Source: Anaerolineales bacterium
Lineage (GTDB): Bacteria; Chloroflexota; Anaerolineae; Anaerolineales; Villigracilaceae
NCBI GenBank assembly: GCA_034433295.1
Contig: DAOUAS010000019.1
Coordinates: 3,713-67,712, forward strand
Length of the DNA stretch: 64,000 nucleotides
Direction: 5' to 3'
Shown in pieces: positions 36,684 to 46,718 of the stretch (the first letter of the stretch is position 1; the number at the start of each line of letters is the position of its first letter). Under the pieces are notes generated by a model. The model saw nothing but the letters and a program-made list of their open reading frames with translations. It searched no databases and had not been told where the DNA came from. The translations under genes and the position numbers were made by a program.

Positions 36684-39148
36684 TCCAAATCCTTCACGTT
36701 CGTTGCTTGCAGGTTGATGTAAATATCCGCATCATGTAGCAGGTGGCTTAATTCGTTTGCAGTGGTCCGGAGAATGTTTTCGGTGCGGAAAGAAGCGGAA
36801 ATTTTCGAAGCAATATCTGAAATGGCGCGTTCCATTTCGGCGCGCCGGGATGTTTCATCGAAGAGGCGGGCGTTTTCAGCGGCAAGCGCCACCCGCTCCG
36901 CAACGATCTTGATCAAATCGACCCGGTCCTGGCTGACAGGTTCATCCTTTGGAAGTTGAACGGATAGCGAGCCTATTGTCTCTCCTCGCACGATAATGGG
37001 GATGTTGATATCCGAGGCTGTGCCAGTATTCCCCACATCCTCATTTGCCTGCAGGGGAACGGCGCCGGAGACGGAATATCGATACCCGCCAAGTTGTTCC
37101 TCCCTTGTCAACCGTCCCCAGGTTTCACGAACATATTGACGTTGAATGACCTCGAACTCCAGGATCGCCTTTTGCGCCTGGTCGAAGAGACGCGCGTTTT
37201 GAATGGCAAGGCTTACCTGGTCTGCCAGCGCTGATAGGGTTTTGAAGTCTTCGTCGGTGAACGCGCCGACCTCGGTGCTTTGAATATCAAGGGCGCCGAC
37301 AACCTGGTTGCCGGCTTTGAGCGGCAGCGCCATTTCGGAGTGGGTGAAGGGAAGTTCAGGGTTGGTGAAATAGATCGCGTCCTCGCCGACATCGAGCGCA
37401 ATGCGCGGTTTGCCGGTTTGCGTCACATATCCGACGATGCCTTGCTCCCCGATTTTCAACTGGTGTCCGCGGGCGAGCATTTTCATGCCACCTTCGCTGT
37501 TGGCCGCACTAAGGACGGCGTACAGGTCGTTCTTGTCGTTCAGGAAAATTCCCACATGATAAAAACCGAAGTTTTCGCTGATTGTCCTCGAGATTTGAGG
37601 CAGGAGAACCTCGAGGTTGTGGGTGGCGTTGATAACGCGGGCTACGTTGGTGATGGCTTCGAATTGTTTTCCTCTGCGGACACCTTTTTCAAGCGCGTCC
37701 TGCAGTTCTGATGTGCGCTCGGACACCCTTTGTTCAAGCGTGTTGACCGAGCCTTTGATGGCGTCGGTCATTATGTTCAGTGTTTCTGCCAGGATTCCGA
37801 TTTCATCCCGGTTTTTGATCTCCGCTTTTGCGTTGTAATTTCCTCTGCCGATTTCGCCGGCAATGCCTGTCAGGGATTTCAGCGGGGCGGTCAATCGGTT
37901 TCCAATGACAAGCGTCGAAACGGATGCCATGGACAGGATCAACGCCACGAGCAAAACGCTGGTGGTGATGATATTTCTTGTTTCCTGAAGAATCTGGGCT
38001 TTGACTGTGGTTGATTCGAGCAGCAACTCTTCGGACGGCACTGTGATGATCAGGCTGTATCCAAGCGTCGGAATTTGCTGATACGCCACGAATCTCTCGA
38101 CCCCGTTTACATTCACCGGGATCACAATATCGCTGCCGAGGGAGCGTTGTTCCAGTACCTGCCGAAAATCCCCGGAAACTTTTTCCAATTTTGTTTGGTC
38201 TAATATTTCTCCCAGAGACGCCGTTTCTGGCGTGAAGCCAAAATCGCCGTAACCGGCTTCGGGCAGGGCGATCAAGCGGTTCTCGCTGTCGATCAGGAAG
38301 GCGTATCCTGTTTCTCCAATCTTGATCTCGGAAACCAGGCTTGTGATTCTCTCCAGTTGAATATCCATGGCCGAAACGCCCTGAAATTTTCCGCCGCCGT
38401 CGAAGACCGGTACGCTGGCTGTTATCACCAGCCCGTTCAGCGCCGCATCCTGATAGGGCGCGGACCATACCACACTTTGATCGGGGTTTTGCCCCGGCGA
38501 TGCCGCAACATACCAGGGGCGTCCGGTTACATCGAAGTCTGCCGGCACGATATTTGCTAGGTCGATGTTGGGGAAGTAGATGGTTTCCTTGAACGTCCCC
38601 CCGAAATAGACAGCGATGATGTCGGGGTTGTCCTTGAGAATGGAAGGCACGATCAACTCGGTTTGCTTTATCACATTTAGTCTAGAGGTAAATTCATCCG
38701 TAAGTTCGGCGCCGGCGGGTATGAAAACCGAGGCGGTCTCCGAATTCGGATTATCCCATGCCCCGGCGGGTGTTTGGACAAGGGCTTCCTTTGCATTCCA
38801 ATAGATTCCGCTATTCAACCTGGATTCCCCGGCGAACATTTGTTTTTCCGTTTTGCCCAACATGGAAATGTAATCCCTCATCGACTCGAAAAAGACATTA
38901 AGGATTGCGGCCTGTTCCCGGCTGGTGGTCTGGAGTTTCTCCTCTGCCTTGTTGCGAACGCTCGATTCGAGCTGGGCGGTCAGGACTGCGTTTGATTCCT
39001 GCGTGCGAAAATAAACGTAATAACCCATGCCCACAATGGACGCAAAGGTGATCAGTAGGTTGCCCAGGATCAGTTTGGCGCGCAAGTTCATGCGGCTGAA
39101 GGGCATTTTTCGGGTGTTTCCAGGTTTAGACGAACGAAGCATGCTCAT
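36680..39148 (-). CDS. membrane sensor paralog 2 (TM - dCache - TM - HAMP - S-helix - GAF - half-GAF - tail)
   Basis: dCache_1-like GRPWYVAA...LVITASVPVFD..GKFQGVSAMDI...GETGYAFLIDSENRLIA, HAMP RDEIGILAETLNIMTDAI, S-helix LEQRVSERTSELQ, GAF FGFYHVGIFLNDK. Confidence 0.88.
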   Translation of the reverse strand: MSMLRSSKPGNTRKMPFSRMNLRAKLILGNLLITFASIVGMGYYVYFRTQESNAVLTAQLESSVRNKAEEKLQTTSREQAAILNVFFESMRDYISMLGKTEKQMFAGESRLNSGIYWNAKEALVQTPAGAWDNPNSETASVFIPAGAELTDEFTSRLNVIKQTELIVPSILKDNPDIIAVYFGGTFKETIYFPNIDLANIVPADFDVTGRPWYVAASPGQNPDQSVVWSAPYQDAALNGLVITASVPVFDGGGKFQGVSAMDIQLERITSLVSEIKIGETGYAFLIDSENRLIALPEAGYGDFGFTPETASLGEILDQTKLEKVSGDFRQVLEQRSLGSDIVIPVNVNGVERFVAYQQIPTLGYSLIITVPSEELLLESTTVKAQILQETRNIITTSVLLVALILSMASVSTLVIGNRLTAPLKSLTGIAGEIGRGNYNAKAEIKNRDEIGILAETLNIMTDAIKGSVNTLEQRVSERTSELQDALEKGVRRGKQFEAITNVARVINATHNLEVLLPQISRTISENFGFYHVGIFLNDKNDLYAVLSAANSEGGMKMLARGHQLKIGEQGIVGYVTQTGKPRIALDVGEDAIYFTNPELPFTHSEMALPLKAGNQVVGALDIQSTEVGAFTDEDFKTLSALADQVSLAIQNARLFDQAQKAILEFEVIQRQYVRETWGRLTREEQLGGYRYSVSGAVPLQANEDVGNTGTASDINIPIIVRGETIGSLSVQLPKDEPVSQDRVDLIKIVAERVALAAENARLFDETSRRAEMERAISDIASKISASFRTENILRTTANELSHLLHDADIYINLQATNVKDLE

Positions 39149-41982
39149 CCCTGCGATTCCTTACTTTCATTGCTGTTCTTTAGTTGAAGGACAACATTCG
39201 ACCCGGGCATAATGCGTCCCAACTCCTCCACCGCTGTTCGCAATACATTTTTGAGATTGGCGGCTTCGCTGATCTTGCCTGTAATATCGCCGAGGGTTTG
39301 TTCCCTGGCGGCTTGACGCTGGGCCTCTTCGATCAGGCGGGCGTTATCCAGGGCAATTGAAAGGCGCTCACATACTGTTTCAGCGAGATTGATTTCGTCG
39401 GCGGACCATTCGCGATTTTTAATCGGCGCCTTGATATTAATGCTTCCGATAACCTGCCCACGGAGTTTAATGGGCAGGACAATGGAGGCTTCCTGGGTGA
39501 TGCCGTCTGCGTGGAAAATCAAGACTTCACCGCGTTTCATGGTCTGTTCAATTTCATCTGATTTAACCGCCCTGGTTATTTTTTGTCCGCTGGTTATATT
39601 TTGACGGTAGCCGACAAAACCCTTTTGTCGGCTGAATACCTTCCAGCCCTCCTGGATGTTTTGGCGGTAAAGCGCCTGTGCTTCATTCAAAGCCTGCTGT
39701 GTCTGAGCAAAGAGCCGGGCATTTTCCAGCGCAATTGCGATCTGGTCTGCAAGAATACCGAGAGTGCTGGCGTCGTTTTCGGTGAACGCTCCCGCCCTTT
39801 TACTTTGCACGTCAAGCACGCCCACCAGACTATCCCTTACTTTAAGCGGCAGGGCTATTTCCGAGCGTGTTTCTGGCAGGTCGGGATTGTTAAAGTAAAC
39901 TGCATCCTGTCCAACATCGAGCGAAATGCGTGGGTAACCGGATCGGGCAACGTATCCGACGATGCTGTTTTCGCCAAGTTCGAGTTTGTGTCCGCGCTTC
40001 AGCATGTTTTGTCCGCCCGCGCTATTTGAGGCTTGCAGTACTGCATATTGATTCGAATTGTCGACCAGGAAGATGCCGACATGGTAGAAATCAAATCGTT
40101 CGCTCACCAGGCGGGTAATCAGCGGCAACAGGTTCTCGAGTTTTTGTTCGCTGGTGATGATCTTTGAAATCTCGCCAATGGATTGGAGTTCGTTTGCCCT
40201 CCTGATGCTTTGCTGGCGCGAGAGTTCCAGGTCGGCTGTGCGCTCCGCCACGCGTTGTTCCAGCCCGGTTAGTGTCTGGCTCAATTGGCGGGTCATGCGA
40301 TTGAATGTGTCGGCCAAAATGCCGATTTCATCTTTGGTGTTTACTTCGGCTTGCGCATTTAAATCTCCCGAAGTAATTTTTTCAGCGACTTTGGTAAGAA
40401 TACCAAGCGGGGATGTCAGGATTTGCGAAGCCACAAACCCGGCAAGAATGCCGAAGACGACCAGCAGCATCGAAGTGAGCGTATTGGTTTTGTTCTGCTC
40501 CCTGATCGAGGCAAGGTAAGTTTCGGTGGGCTGTTGAACCAGGACAGCCCATGGAAGGTTTTTTAGGAAAACGCCGGCATTGATGGCTTCGGACTGGTGT
40601 AATTCCGAGTAGCTGTAAAAGAATGGCTCCTGTGCAAGATTGTCCATTCCGGCAACAATTGCATCATCTGTTGCCATGATCGCATTTGCCGGAAGCCGCC
40701 CATCTGATTGCAGAGCCACAAATTCTACTTCGCTGAAATCCCTGTATGTTTTGAAGAGGTTATCGCGCTCGCCTGTGTAACCGGTCCGCAGATAGGTGTT
40801 TACGTCGACAACCGATATGATTGTGTCATTTCCGCCCGTATCCAGCGAACGGACAATGGATTGGATGATGGTCCCATAATACTCGATTCTCAACACACCG
40901 ATGGTCTCCCCGTCGAGATTTTTGATTGGCGCGCTAAAGTATATGCTTGGCTTTTTCCCGCGAAATGTGATGTTGGACACATAAGGCAGACCGCTCTTCA
41001 TCGGCCGGGTGAAGTGGGTGAACATGGATTCATCCCTGCCCGTGTAGTCTTCGAAGGTGTCCAGGACATCCATCCCGTTTGAATCCAGGACGGCGATCGA
41101 GCGAATGAAGACCGGGTTCTTGCGCGACAGGAACAGCAAGGCCTGGCTTGCGTTTTTTTCCTCGCCGGGCTGGGACGGAGGCTCAAGATATTCGATCAGC
41201 GAAATTTGCTTTGCGTCTGCGTGTATGGCATCCGTTTGGGCGTTGATGAAATCATCGAGCGTGTCCGCCGCAATGTTTGCGAGTGCGGATAATTGTGCTT
41301 CGCTTTGCCTTTGCAGCGCCGCCGTCGAATACCGGCTGTTAATGACGCTCAGCGCGATGAGCGGAACGATTGTGATGAGAATGAAGGCGATGACAATCTT
41401 GGTCTGGAGGGTGTATGACCTGAAGTTCCTTAGGATAAAGAAGGCATACACAACGGATATTGCCCCGGCTAGGATATTTGTGTAAGTGGGGTCGTTGGGC
41501 AGGCTGGCGCGGGGTAGATATAGGTCGACCAAAATGACAAGGACAGTAATGATGAATGCGCTGACGATTGCGCGCCTTGCCAGCATAGGAGGAAGTGCAA
41601 TGGAGGAAATGCCGGATACAAGGACGAGGATGATAATGGCAAGCCCAAGCCCCTGTCCATAGGCAAGGAAAGGCAGCATACAGGATAAAATCAAAAGTGC
41701 CGCAATTAATATGCCGATGCCCTGTGTGGCGCGCCCGCGTGAAACTTGCAGGGCGCTTGTGAATGCCGCCGCAGATGCAATTCCTGTTATTAGAATTCCC
41801 CACAAGCCGGCCAGCCCATTTTCATAATAGGCAACCGGGGTCAGGATCACGGTGATCACCAGGAATAAAACGCCGGTGATCAGGCTGATCACTAATGCGT
41901 TTTTCCTGCGGGCTTCCTCTTCTGATGATGCGGGCGGGCGATTGGCTGGGTAATCCATATAGGTTCTCGTCTTGTTTGGCAA
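39145..41982 (-). CDS. membrane sensor paralog 3 (about 6 TM - extracytoplasmic domain - TM - HAMP - S-helix - GAF - half-GAF - tail)
   Basis: Long polytopic N-terminus, HAMP SPLGILTKVAEKITSGDLN...KDEIGILADTFNRMTRQL, S-helix LEQRVAERTADLE, GAF FDFYHVGIFLVDN. Confidence 0.88.
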   Translation of the reverse strand: MPNKTRTYMDYPANRPPASSEEEARRKNALVISLITGVLFLVITVILTPVAYYENGLAGLWGILITGIASAAAFTSALQVSRGRATQGIGILIAALLILSCMLPFLAYGQGLGLAIIILVLVSGISSIALPPMLARRAIVSAFIITVLVILVDLYLPRASLPNDPTYTNILAGAISVVYAFFILRNFRSYTLQTKIVIAFILITIVPLIALSVINSRYSTAALQRQSEAQLSALANIAADTLDDFINAQTDAIHADAKQISLIEYLEPPSQPGEEKNASQALLFLSRKNPVFIRSIAVLDSNGMDVLDTFEDYTGRDESMFTHFTRPMKSGLPYVSNITFRGKKPSIYFSAPIKNLDGETIGVLRIEYYGTIIQSIVRSLDTGGNDTIISVVDVNTYLRTGYTGERDNLFKTYRDFSEVEFVALQSDGRLPANAIMATDDAIVAGMDNLAQEPFFYSYSELHQSEAINAGVFLKNLPWAVLVQQPTETYLASIREQNKTNTLTSMLLVVFGILAGFVASQILTSPLGILTKVAEKITSGDLNAQAEVNTKDEIGILADTFNRMTRQLSQTLTGLEQRVAERTADLELSRQQSIRRANELQSIGEISKIITSEQKLENLLPLITRLVSERFDFYHVGIFLVDNSNQYAVLQASNSAGGQNMLKRGHKLELGENSIVGYVARSGYPRISLDVGQDAVYFNNPDLPETRSEIALPLKVRDSLVGVLDVQSKRAGAFTENDASTLGILADQIAIALENARLFAQTQQALNEAQALYRQNIQEGWKVFSRQKGFVGYRQNITSGQKITRAVKSDEIEQTMKRGEVLIFHADGITQEASIVLPIKLRGQVIGSINIKAPIKNREWSADEINLAETVCERLSIALDNARLIEEAQRQAAREQTLGDITGKISEAANLKNVLRTAVEELGRIMPGSNVVLQLKNSNESKESQG

Positions 41983-41984
41983 GT

Positions 41985-42953
41985 TTAGGGCAGATAGGAT
42001 GGGTTGAGCAGTTCGAGCGGGTCGATCAATTGGGTGGTCGTGCCGATCGAAATAAGATAGTCGGATGTCATCTGCGTAACCGAGTAAATGGAATTTGTCC
42101 CTTCGATATCGAATAATTCCCTGTTTTCCTCTGCAGTGTAAAGCCTCTGATTATCATCGGGTTGTATTTCATCGGCGCTTACCCCAAGATATTTGGCGGC
42201 AATTTCGCGGGTTTCTCCCTGGTGTTGCATTCGGTACTCCACGGCTTGAAACCATGCTTTGAGGAAGGCGCGGATGTCCTCCGGCCTTTCATCCACAACC
42301 GCCTTGCTGAAAACGATCGTATCCGGAAAGAGGCGCATTTTTTGATTTGGGTAGATGATCCTGTTCCCATCTGCAATTGCCTTGGATAGGTGCGGCTCCC
42401 ATGTGTATACCGCCTGTACGCGTCCGCTCTTCAGCGCCTCCGAAGCGTCTTCCGGGTTGACGTTTACGATGGTTACATCGCTGACGCTCATTAAACCGCT
42501 CTTCAACATTTGAGACACCATTAGTTCGTATTGTGTTCCAAGGAGGACGCCGATAACCTTCCCATTTAAATCCTGGATCGAAGCAATCTCCGGGCTTGCG
42601 ACGATCGAGTCCGCGCCCCCATCGTCATTAAGCCCGACAACTTTCATCGGATAGGTATGGTGAATATTGATAACATCACCAACTGCAATCAACGCCCCGT
42701 CAATTTGCCCTGAGGCAAGGTCAGGGTAGATCTCTGGATAGACATCGTAATATACCGGTTCGACTTCGACCCCATACTTCTCGAAAAAACCTTTCTCCTT
42801 GGCTACCAGGAGCGTGTAATCGCCCCACCACTGCGTATATTCCACCCGGAGCGGTGGATTTGCGCGTTCTTCAGCCTGAAGCGGCGCGCATGAAGTGGGA
42901 ATGGTTGTCATTAAAACTGTAAGTAGGACGGTGTTAAAAAATTTTTTTTTCAT
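41985..42953 (-). CDS. NMT1/SsuA-like periplasmic substrate-binding lipoprotein, orphan
   Basis: Signal peptide with Cys (TIPTSCAP) and an overall pattern like nitrate/sulfonate/bicarbonate-type binding proteins (WWGDYTLLVAKEKGFFEKYGVEVE...). No transporter partner genes. Confidence 0.7.
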   Translation of the reverse strand: MKKKFFNTVLLTVLMTTIPTSCAPLQAEERANPPLRVEYTQWWGDYTLLVAKEKGFFEKYGVEVEPVYYDVYPEIYPDLASGQIDGALIAVGDVINIHHTYPMKVVGLNDDGGADSIVASPEIASIQDLNGKVIGVLLGTQYELMVSQMLKSGLMSVSDVTIVNVNPEDASEALKSGRVQAVYTWEPHLSKAIADGNRIIYPNQKMRLFPDTIVFSKAVVDERPEDIRAFLKAWFQAVEYRMQHQGETREIAAKYLGVSADEIQPDDNQRLYTAEENRELFDIEGTNSIYSVTQMTSDYLISIGTTTQLIDPLELLNPSYLP

Positions 42954-42967
42954 CGGTTTCGCTTGTA

Positions 42968-44908
42968 TTAACCTTGTTTTTCCGTCGAAAACGGTTCGAC
43001 TTGTACCAGCACATCCGAGCCGCCGAGAGCCTTGCTAAGCTCCTGCGCGGCGGTTTGCAGGATCGTCTCGAAGTGAGTGGACGCGCCGATTTTGGATGAA
43101 ATATTATTGGTCAAGCGTTCGACTTCCGCGCGGTGTTGAGTGGACTGGAGCAGGGTCGCGGTTTCGATCGCCAAAGACAGGCGCTCCGAAACCGCCTGAG
43201 CGATATCGGCGTCGTCATTTGTGAATTCCCGATTGTGTGAGCGCAGGTGCATTATGCCGATAATTTGTCCGCGCAGGCGAATTGGAATTGTGAAACTGGA
43301 CGGCTCGCCTTTCCGGGTGTAAAAAACGGCGGAACCCTTGGAAGTTGCCTCCCGGATTTGTTCGCTTTCGAGTCCGGTTTCGAGGGGCATGATGGCTGAA
43401 TCGATTAATTGATAGCCCATGCCCAGCGACTTCGGACGCATGACTTTCCAGGCATCCTGAACGTTTTTTTCCAGCACACTTCGCGCTTCGGCGAGCGCTT
43501 TGTTCGCCTTTTGAATAGAGAGCGTATTGCTGATGGCTGCGGATACCTGGTCTGCGAGAGCGGACAACACCTCCATATCATCCTCGTTGAAAGCATTCGA
43601 CTCAGCGCTCTGCACGTCCAATGCGCCGATAACTCGATCATCATACCTGAGAGGGAGGACCGCTTCTGAACGGGTCTCCGCGAGATCCGGATTGTTGAAA
43701 TGGACCGGGTCGTTGCCTACATCCAGGGCGATGCGCGGGCGTCCCGTGGCTGTGACGAAGCCTACAATGCCTGTCTGACTGACTTCGAGTTTATGTCCGC
43801 GAGCCAGCATCCTCTTTCCCCCTTCGCTGTTGGAGGCATGCAAAATCGCAAACTCCCTGTTTTCGTCCAACAGGAAGATTCCTGTGTGATACACGTTGAA
43901 TTGTTCGCTGACCACCTGTGCAATACGCGGTAGAAGGACCTCCAGTTCGTGGATGGATATGATTGCATGATTGATTCTTGTGATTGCTTCGAATTGACGC
44001 GCGCGCCGCTCGCTGTTCGCCTTTGCATTTTCGAGGTCTATGGTTTTTTCCGCAATTCGTTGCTCGAGGGTTTCGATTACCCTGCGAAGTTCGCCGGAAA
44101 TCGTGTTAACCGCCCGGATGAGATCAAAAGATTCCTTATTCTTCCCGGCCAAGGTGATTGGTATTTCTTCGAGGTTGCTTTCAGACAGGCGCGAAATTCG
44201 AGCCGCGACTTCGTTCAATACAACAGAATGACGGGAGAAGGGGTATCCCAGAAGCCAGGACAACAATGTAATCAGAGGGATCGACAGCCCGAAATAGAGC
44301 AATATCTTCCGGACCACCCCCTGTTTTGCTTCTATCACAGTATCTGCGCTCATGTCCACGGCGAGGATTGATTCGAGACTGCCATCCTTGTTATAAATGG
44401 GAACATAGGCTGAAATGACGCTTCCAAACTCGTCTGTGTAAACATCGCTCTCCACCACGGTGCCTGCCGGTGAGGCGAAGGTCGCCTGCAATAAGTTACT
44501 CGGCTCTTTGTAGGGCGTTGTTCCGGGCGGATTAGGCGTATAATCCGGGCGGCCGGCGTCGAGGTAGAAATAGATGACGCCGGCCGGGCTTTGCCGCATG
44601 GTGTAGATATGGATCACGTCGCTGCTGGCATCGATCATGCCGGAAAGCATCGTTTGATATTTGATATAGGATTCTTCCCCGACATCGGCCGCATCGGTTA
44701 TTGTGGATAGTTCCTCGGGCTTTAACTGGAACGCGGCAATTTCGGCAATGTCTCTTAATCGCAGCTTGATGTCGTCCAGCGCCTGCCTGCTGACGCTAAA
44801 ATAAAATATACCGGCAACAACAATACTGACCAGAATTCCCAGGGTGATCATTCCCAGGGTAATTGTGGTTTGCAGGCTGGTGTAGATTTGTTTCGACCGG
44901 TTTTTCAC
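42968..44908 (-). CDS. membrane sensor paralog 4 (TM - Cache/PDC-like - TM - degenerate HAMP - S-helix - GAF - half-GAF - tail)
   Basis: YTDEFGSVISAYVPIYNKDGSLESILAVDMS (PDC-like), S-helix LEQRIAEKTIDLE, GAF FNVYHTGIFLLDE...TRSEAVLPL. Confidence 0.85.
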   Translation of the reverse strand: MKNRSKQIYTSLQTTITLGMITLGILVSIVVAGIFYFSVSRQALDDIKLRLRDIAEIAAFQLKPEELSTITDAADVGEESYIKYQTMLSGMIDASSDVIHIYTMRQSPAGVIYFYLDAGRPDYTPNPPGTTPYKEPSNLLQATFASPAGTVVESDVYTDEFGSVISAYVPIYNKDGSLESILAVDMSADTVIEAKQGVVRKILLYFGLSIPLITLLSWLLGYPFSRHSVVLNEVAARISRLSESNLEEIPITLAGKNKESFDLIRAVNTISGELRRVIETLEQRIAEKTIDLENAKANSERRARQFEAITRINHAIISIHELEVLLPRIAQVVSEQFNVYHTGIFLLDENREFAILHASNSEGGKRMLARGHKLEVSQTGIVGFVTATGRPRIALDVGNDPVHFNNPDLAETRSEAVLPLRYDDRVIGALDVQSAESNAFNEDDMEVLSALADQVSAAISNTLSIQKANKALAEARSVLEKNVQDAWKVMRPKSLGMGYQLIDSAIMPLETGLESEQIREATSKGSAVFYTRKGEPSSFTIPIRLRGQIIGIMHLRSHNREFTNDDADIAQAVSERLSLAIETATLLQSTQHRAEVERLTNNISSKIGASTHFETILQTAAQELSKALGGSDVLVQVEPFSTEKQG

Positions 44909-44941
44909 TGATACTCCTTTGAAAATCCTTGCGGGGGAAAT

Positions 44942-46660
44942 TTATCTTTTTCCCTGGAATTGAATGGCAATGTCGGTGTCCGGCAGAGCAGTACCCAATT
45001 CCTGCATGGCGGTTTTCAAGATCGTTTCGATTTGGGTGCTGGCGCCAATCCTTGCCGAAATTTCGCCAATCACTCTTTCCTTTTCGGCAGCTCTCTGGCT
45101 TTCGACCAGCAGGCGTGAATTTTCAATGGAAAGCGCCGCGCGTTCCACAATTGCCGCGACAATATCGATATCGTCGCGGGTCCACTTTCGGTTGTCGTCT
45201 GCCTTGACGTTGAGGATTCCCACGATTTCGCCGCGCAATTTCACAGGTATCATCATGTGGGAGCCCCGTTCGTCCTGATCCAAAATGACCACTCCTGAAT
45301 TTATCACTTCGGTTGCGCCCGGCAGAGCTATTGCCTCTGTGTAAATACTTGCGCTCATTCCAGTCCGGCGTATGCCCGCGATTTTCTGGAGATTGGTGAA
45401 TTTTTTCCAGCCCGCTTGCAGGTTTCGCTGGTATAGCATTTGCGCTTCGATAAGCCTCTTTTGTGTCTCTTCATAGAGGCGGGCGTTGGCAATCGCCACA
45501 GAAACCTGGTCTGCCAGCGTGAAAAGAATGCCGATGTCTTCTTGTTTGAAGGCATTGGGCTCGGTGCTTTGGATGTCGAGGACACCAATCACCTGTCCGC
45601 CGGTTTGGATCAGGGGGAGTGCCATTTCGGAGCGGGTTTTTGGAAGGTCGGGGTTGGCGATATAGGTAGTGTCGGTATCTGTATCCAGCGCGATTCGGGG
45701 TTTTGCCGTTCCTGCCACATAGCTGACAATGCCAATGTGCCCAATTGGCAATTTATGGTTTCGATCGAGCATTCTTTGTCCTTCTTCACTGTTGGCTGCG
45801 CTGAGAATGGCATATTCCCTGGCAGGGTCGAGTAGAAATATGCCGATGTGATAGAAACCGAAATGCTCGCTGATTGCCTGGGCGACCTGTGGCAGGAGGT
45901 CTTGCAGGTTTTGGGTGGATATGATTGCATGTGTAACCTGAGCAATCGCCTGAAACATTTTGGCGCGATGTTCGTTGATTTGATTGGCGCCGGCCAGGTC
46001 CCGGGTTCTGTTCTCCACGCGTTGTTCGAGCATAAGTTTTTCGTTTTGGAGCATGTCCAGCGTGGCCTGGGCGCGATCCTGCGCTTTCCCAAATTCGTCC
46101 TGAGTCAGACGGATACCGTTTACCATTAGGACCGCAAGCAGCAACACGGCAGTGCTTCCGCTTGCCCAAATTTCAATACCTCCTTCAGGGACATCAGGGT
46201 TGGTGATGGTCATTGAACCGCTCAAGACCAGCCAGCCAGTGATCAAATAGGACAACATCGTCAGCCCGGTGATTGCCCAGCCGGCTTTCCAGGAAAACAA
46301 CAGGGAAGCCATGACAATGGCTCCCAGCATGAATACGCGGGAATCGCCCCAGATTCCTGTCTCCAACAATCCCGCCACCCCAAGTATGAAGATTAGCCCG
46401 ATAAACAACCCGGCCTTTACCACGTATGGAACCCCTATGATCGTCACAAGCAATAATACCGCGTAAAGCCCGATATAAATGGCGGAATAAATGGGCGCGG
46501 ACGTCGTCATTAAGCCAGGGATCAGGGCGGCCAGCCCAAATATGCACGCCCCGATCAGGGTGAGCCGCAGAAAACCGGCGCGCCAGTTTGTGTACGAAAA
46601 ATTTACGTTGTATGGCGATTGATTCATTTTCCGTTCTTCCGGCTGAAAAACATTGACCAC
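44942..46660 (-). CDS. membrane sensor paralog 5 (about 6 TM - S-helix - GAF - half-GAF - tail)
   Basis: Polytopic N-terminus without a large loop or HAMP, S-helix LEQRVENRTRDLA, GAF FGFYHIGIFLLDP...TRSEMALPL. GTG start; an internal ATG (MNQSPY) is also possible. Confidence 0.85.
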   Translation of the reverse strand: MVNVFQPEERKMNQSPYNVNFSYTNWRAGFLRLTLIGACIFGLAALIPGLMTTSAPIYSAIYIGLYAVLLLVTIIGVPYVVKAGLFIGLIFILGVAGLLETGIWGDSRVFMLGAIVMASLLFSWKAGWAITGLTMLSYLITGWLVLSGSMTITNPDVPEGGIEIWASGSTAVLLLAVLMVNGIRLTQDEFGKAQDRAQATLDMLQNEKLMLEQRVENRTRDLAGANQINEHRAKMFQAIAQVTHAIISTQNLQDLLPQVAQAISEHFGFYHIGIFLLDPAREYAILSAANSEEGQRMLDRNHKLPIGHIGIVSYVAGTAKPRIALDTDTDTTYIANPDLPKTRSEMALPLIQTGGQVIGVLDIQSTEPNAFKQEDIGILFTLADQVSVAIANARLYEETQKRLIEAQMLYQRNLQAGWKKFTNLQKIAGIRRTGMSASIYTEAIALPGATEVINSGVVILDQDERGSHMMIPVKLRGEIVGILNVKADDNRKWTRDDIDIVAAIVERAALSIENSRLLVESQRAAEKERVIGEISARIGASTQIETILKTAMQELGTALPDTDIAIQFQGKR

Positions 46661-46718
46661 ACGGACAACCTGTCCAAATTTTGGTGTACTTTCTCTTTAA
46701 AGATATTGTATAGCATGT

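Noticed and set aside
46661-46718. An internal promoter in the largest intra-array gap (a TACAAT-like hexamer on the minus strand and a small ggaca..tgtcc hairpin before the GTG)
   Set aside because: There is a single weak hexamer match without a -35 element. I cannot distinguish it from chance by eye.
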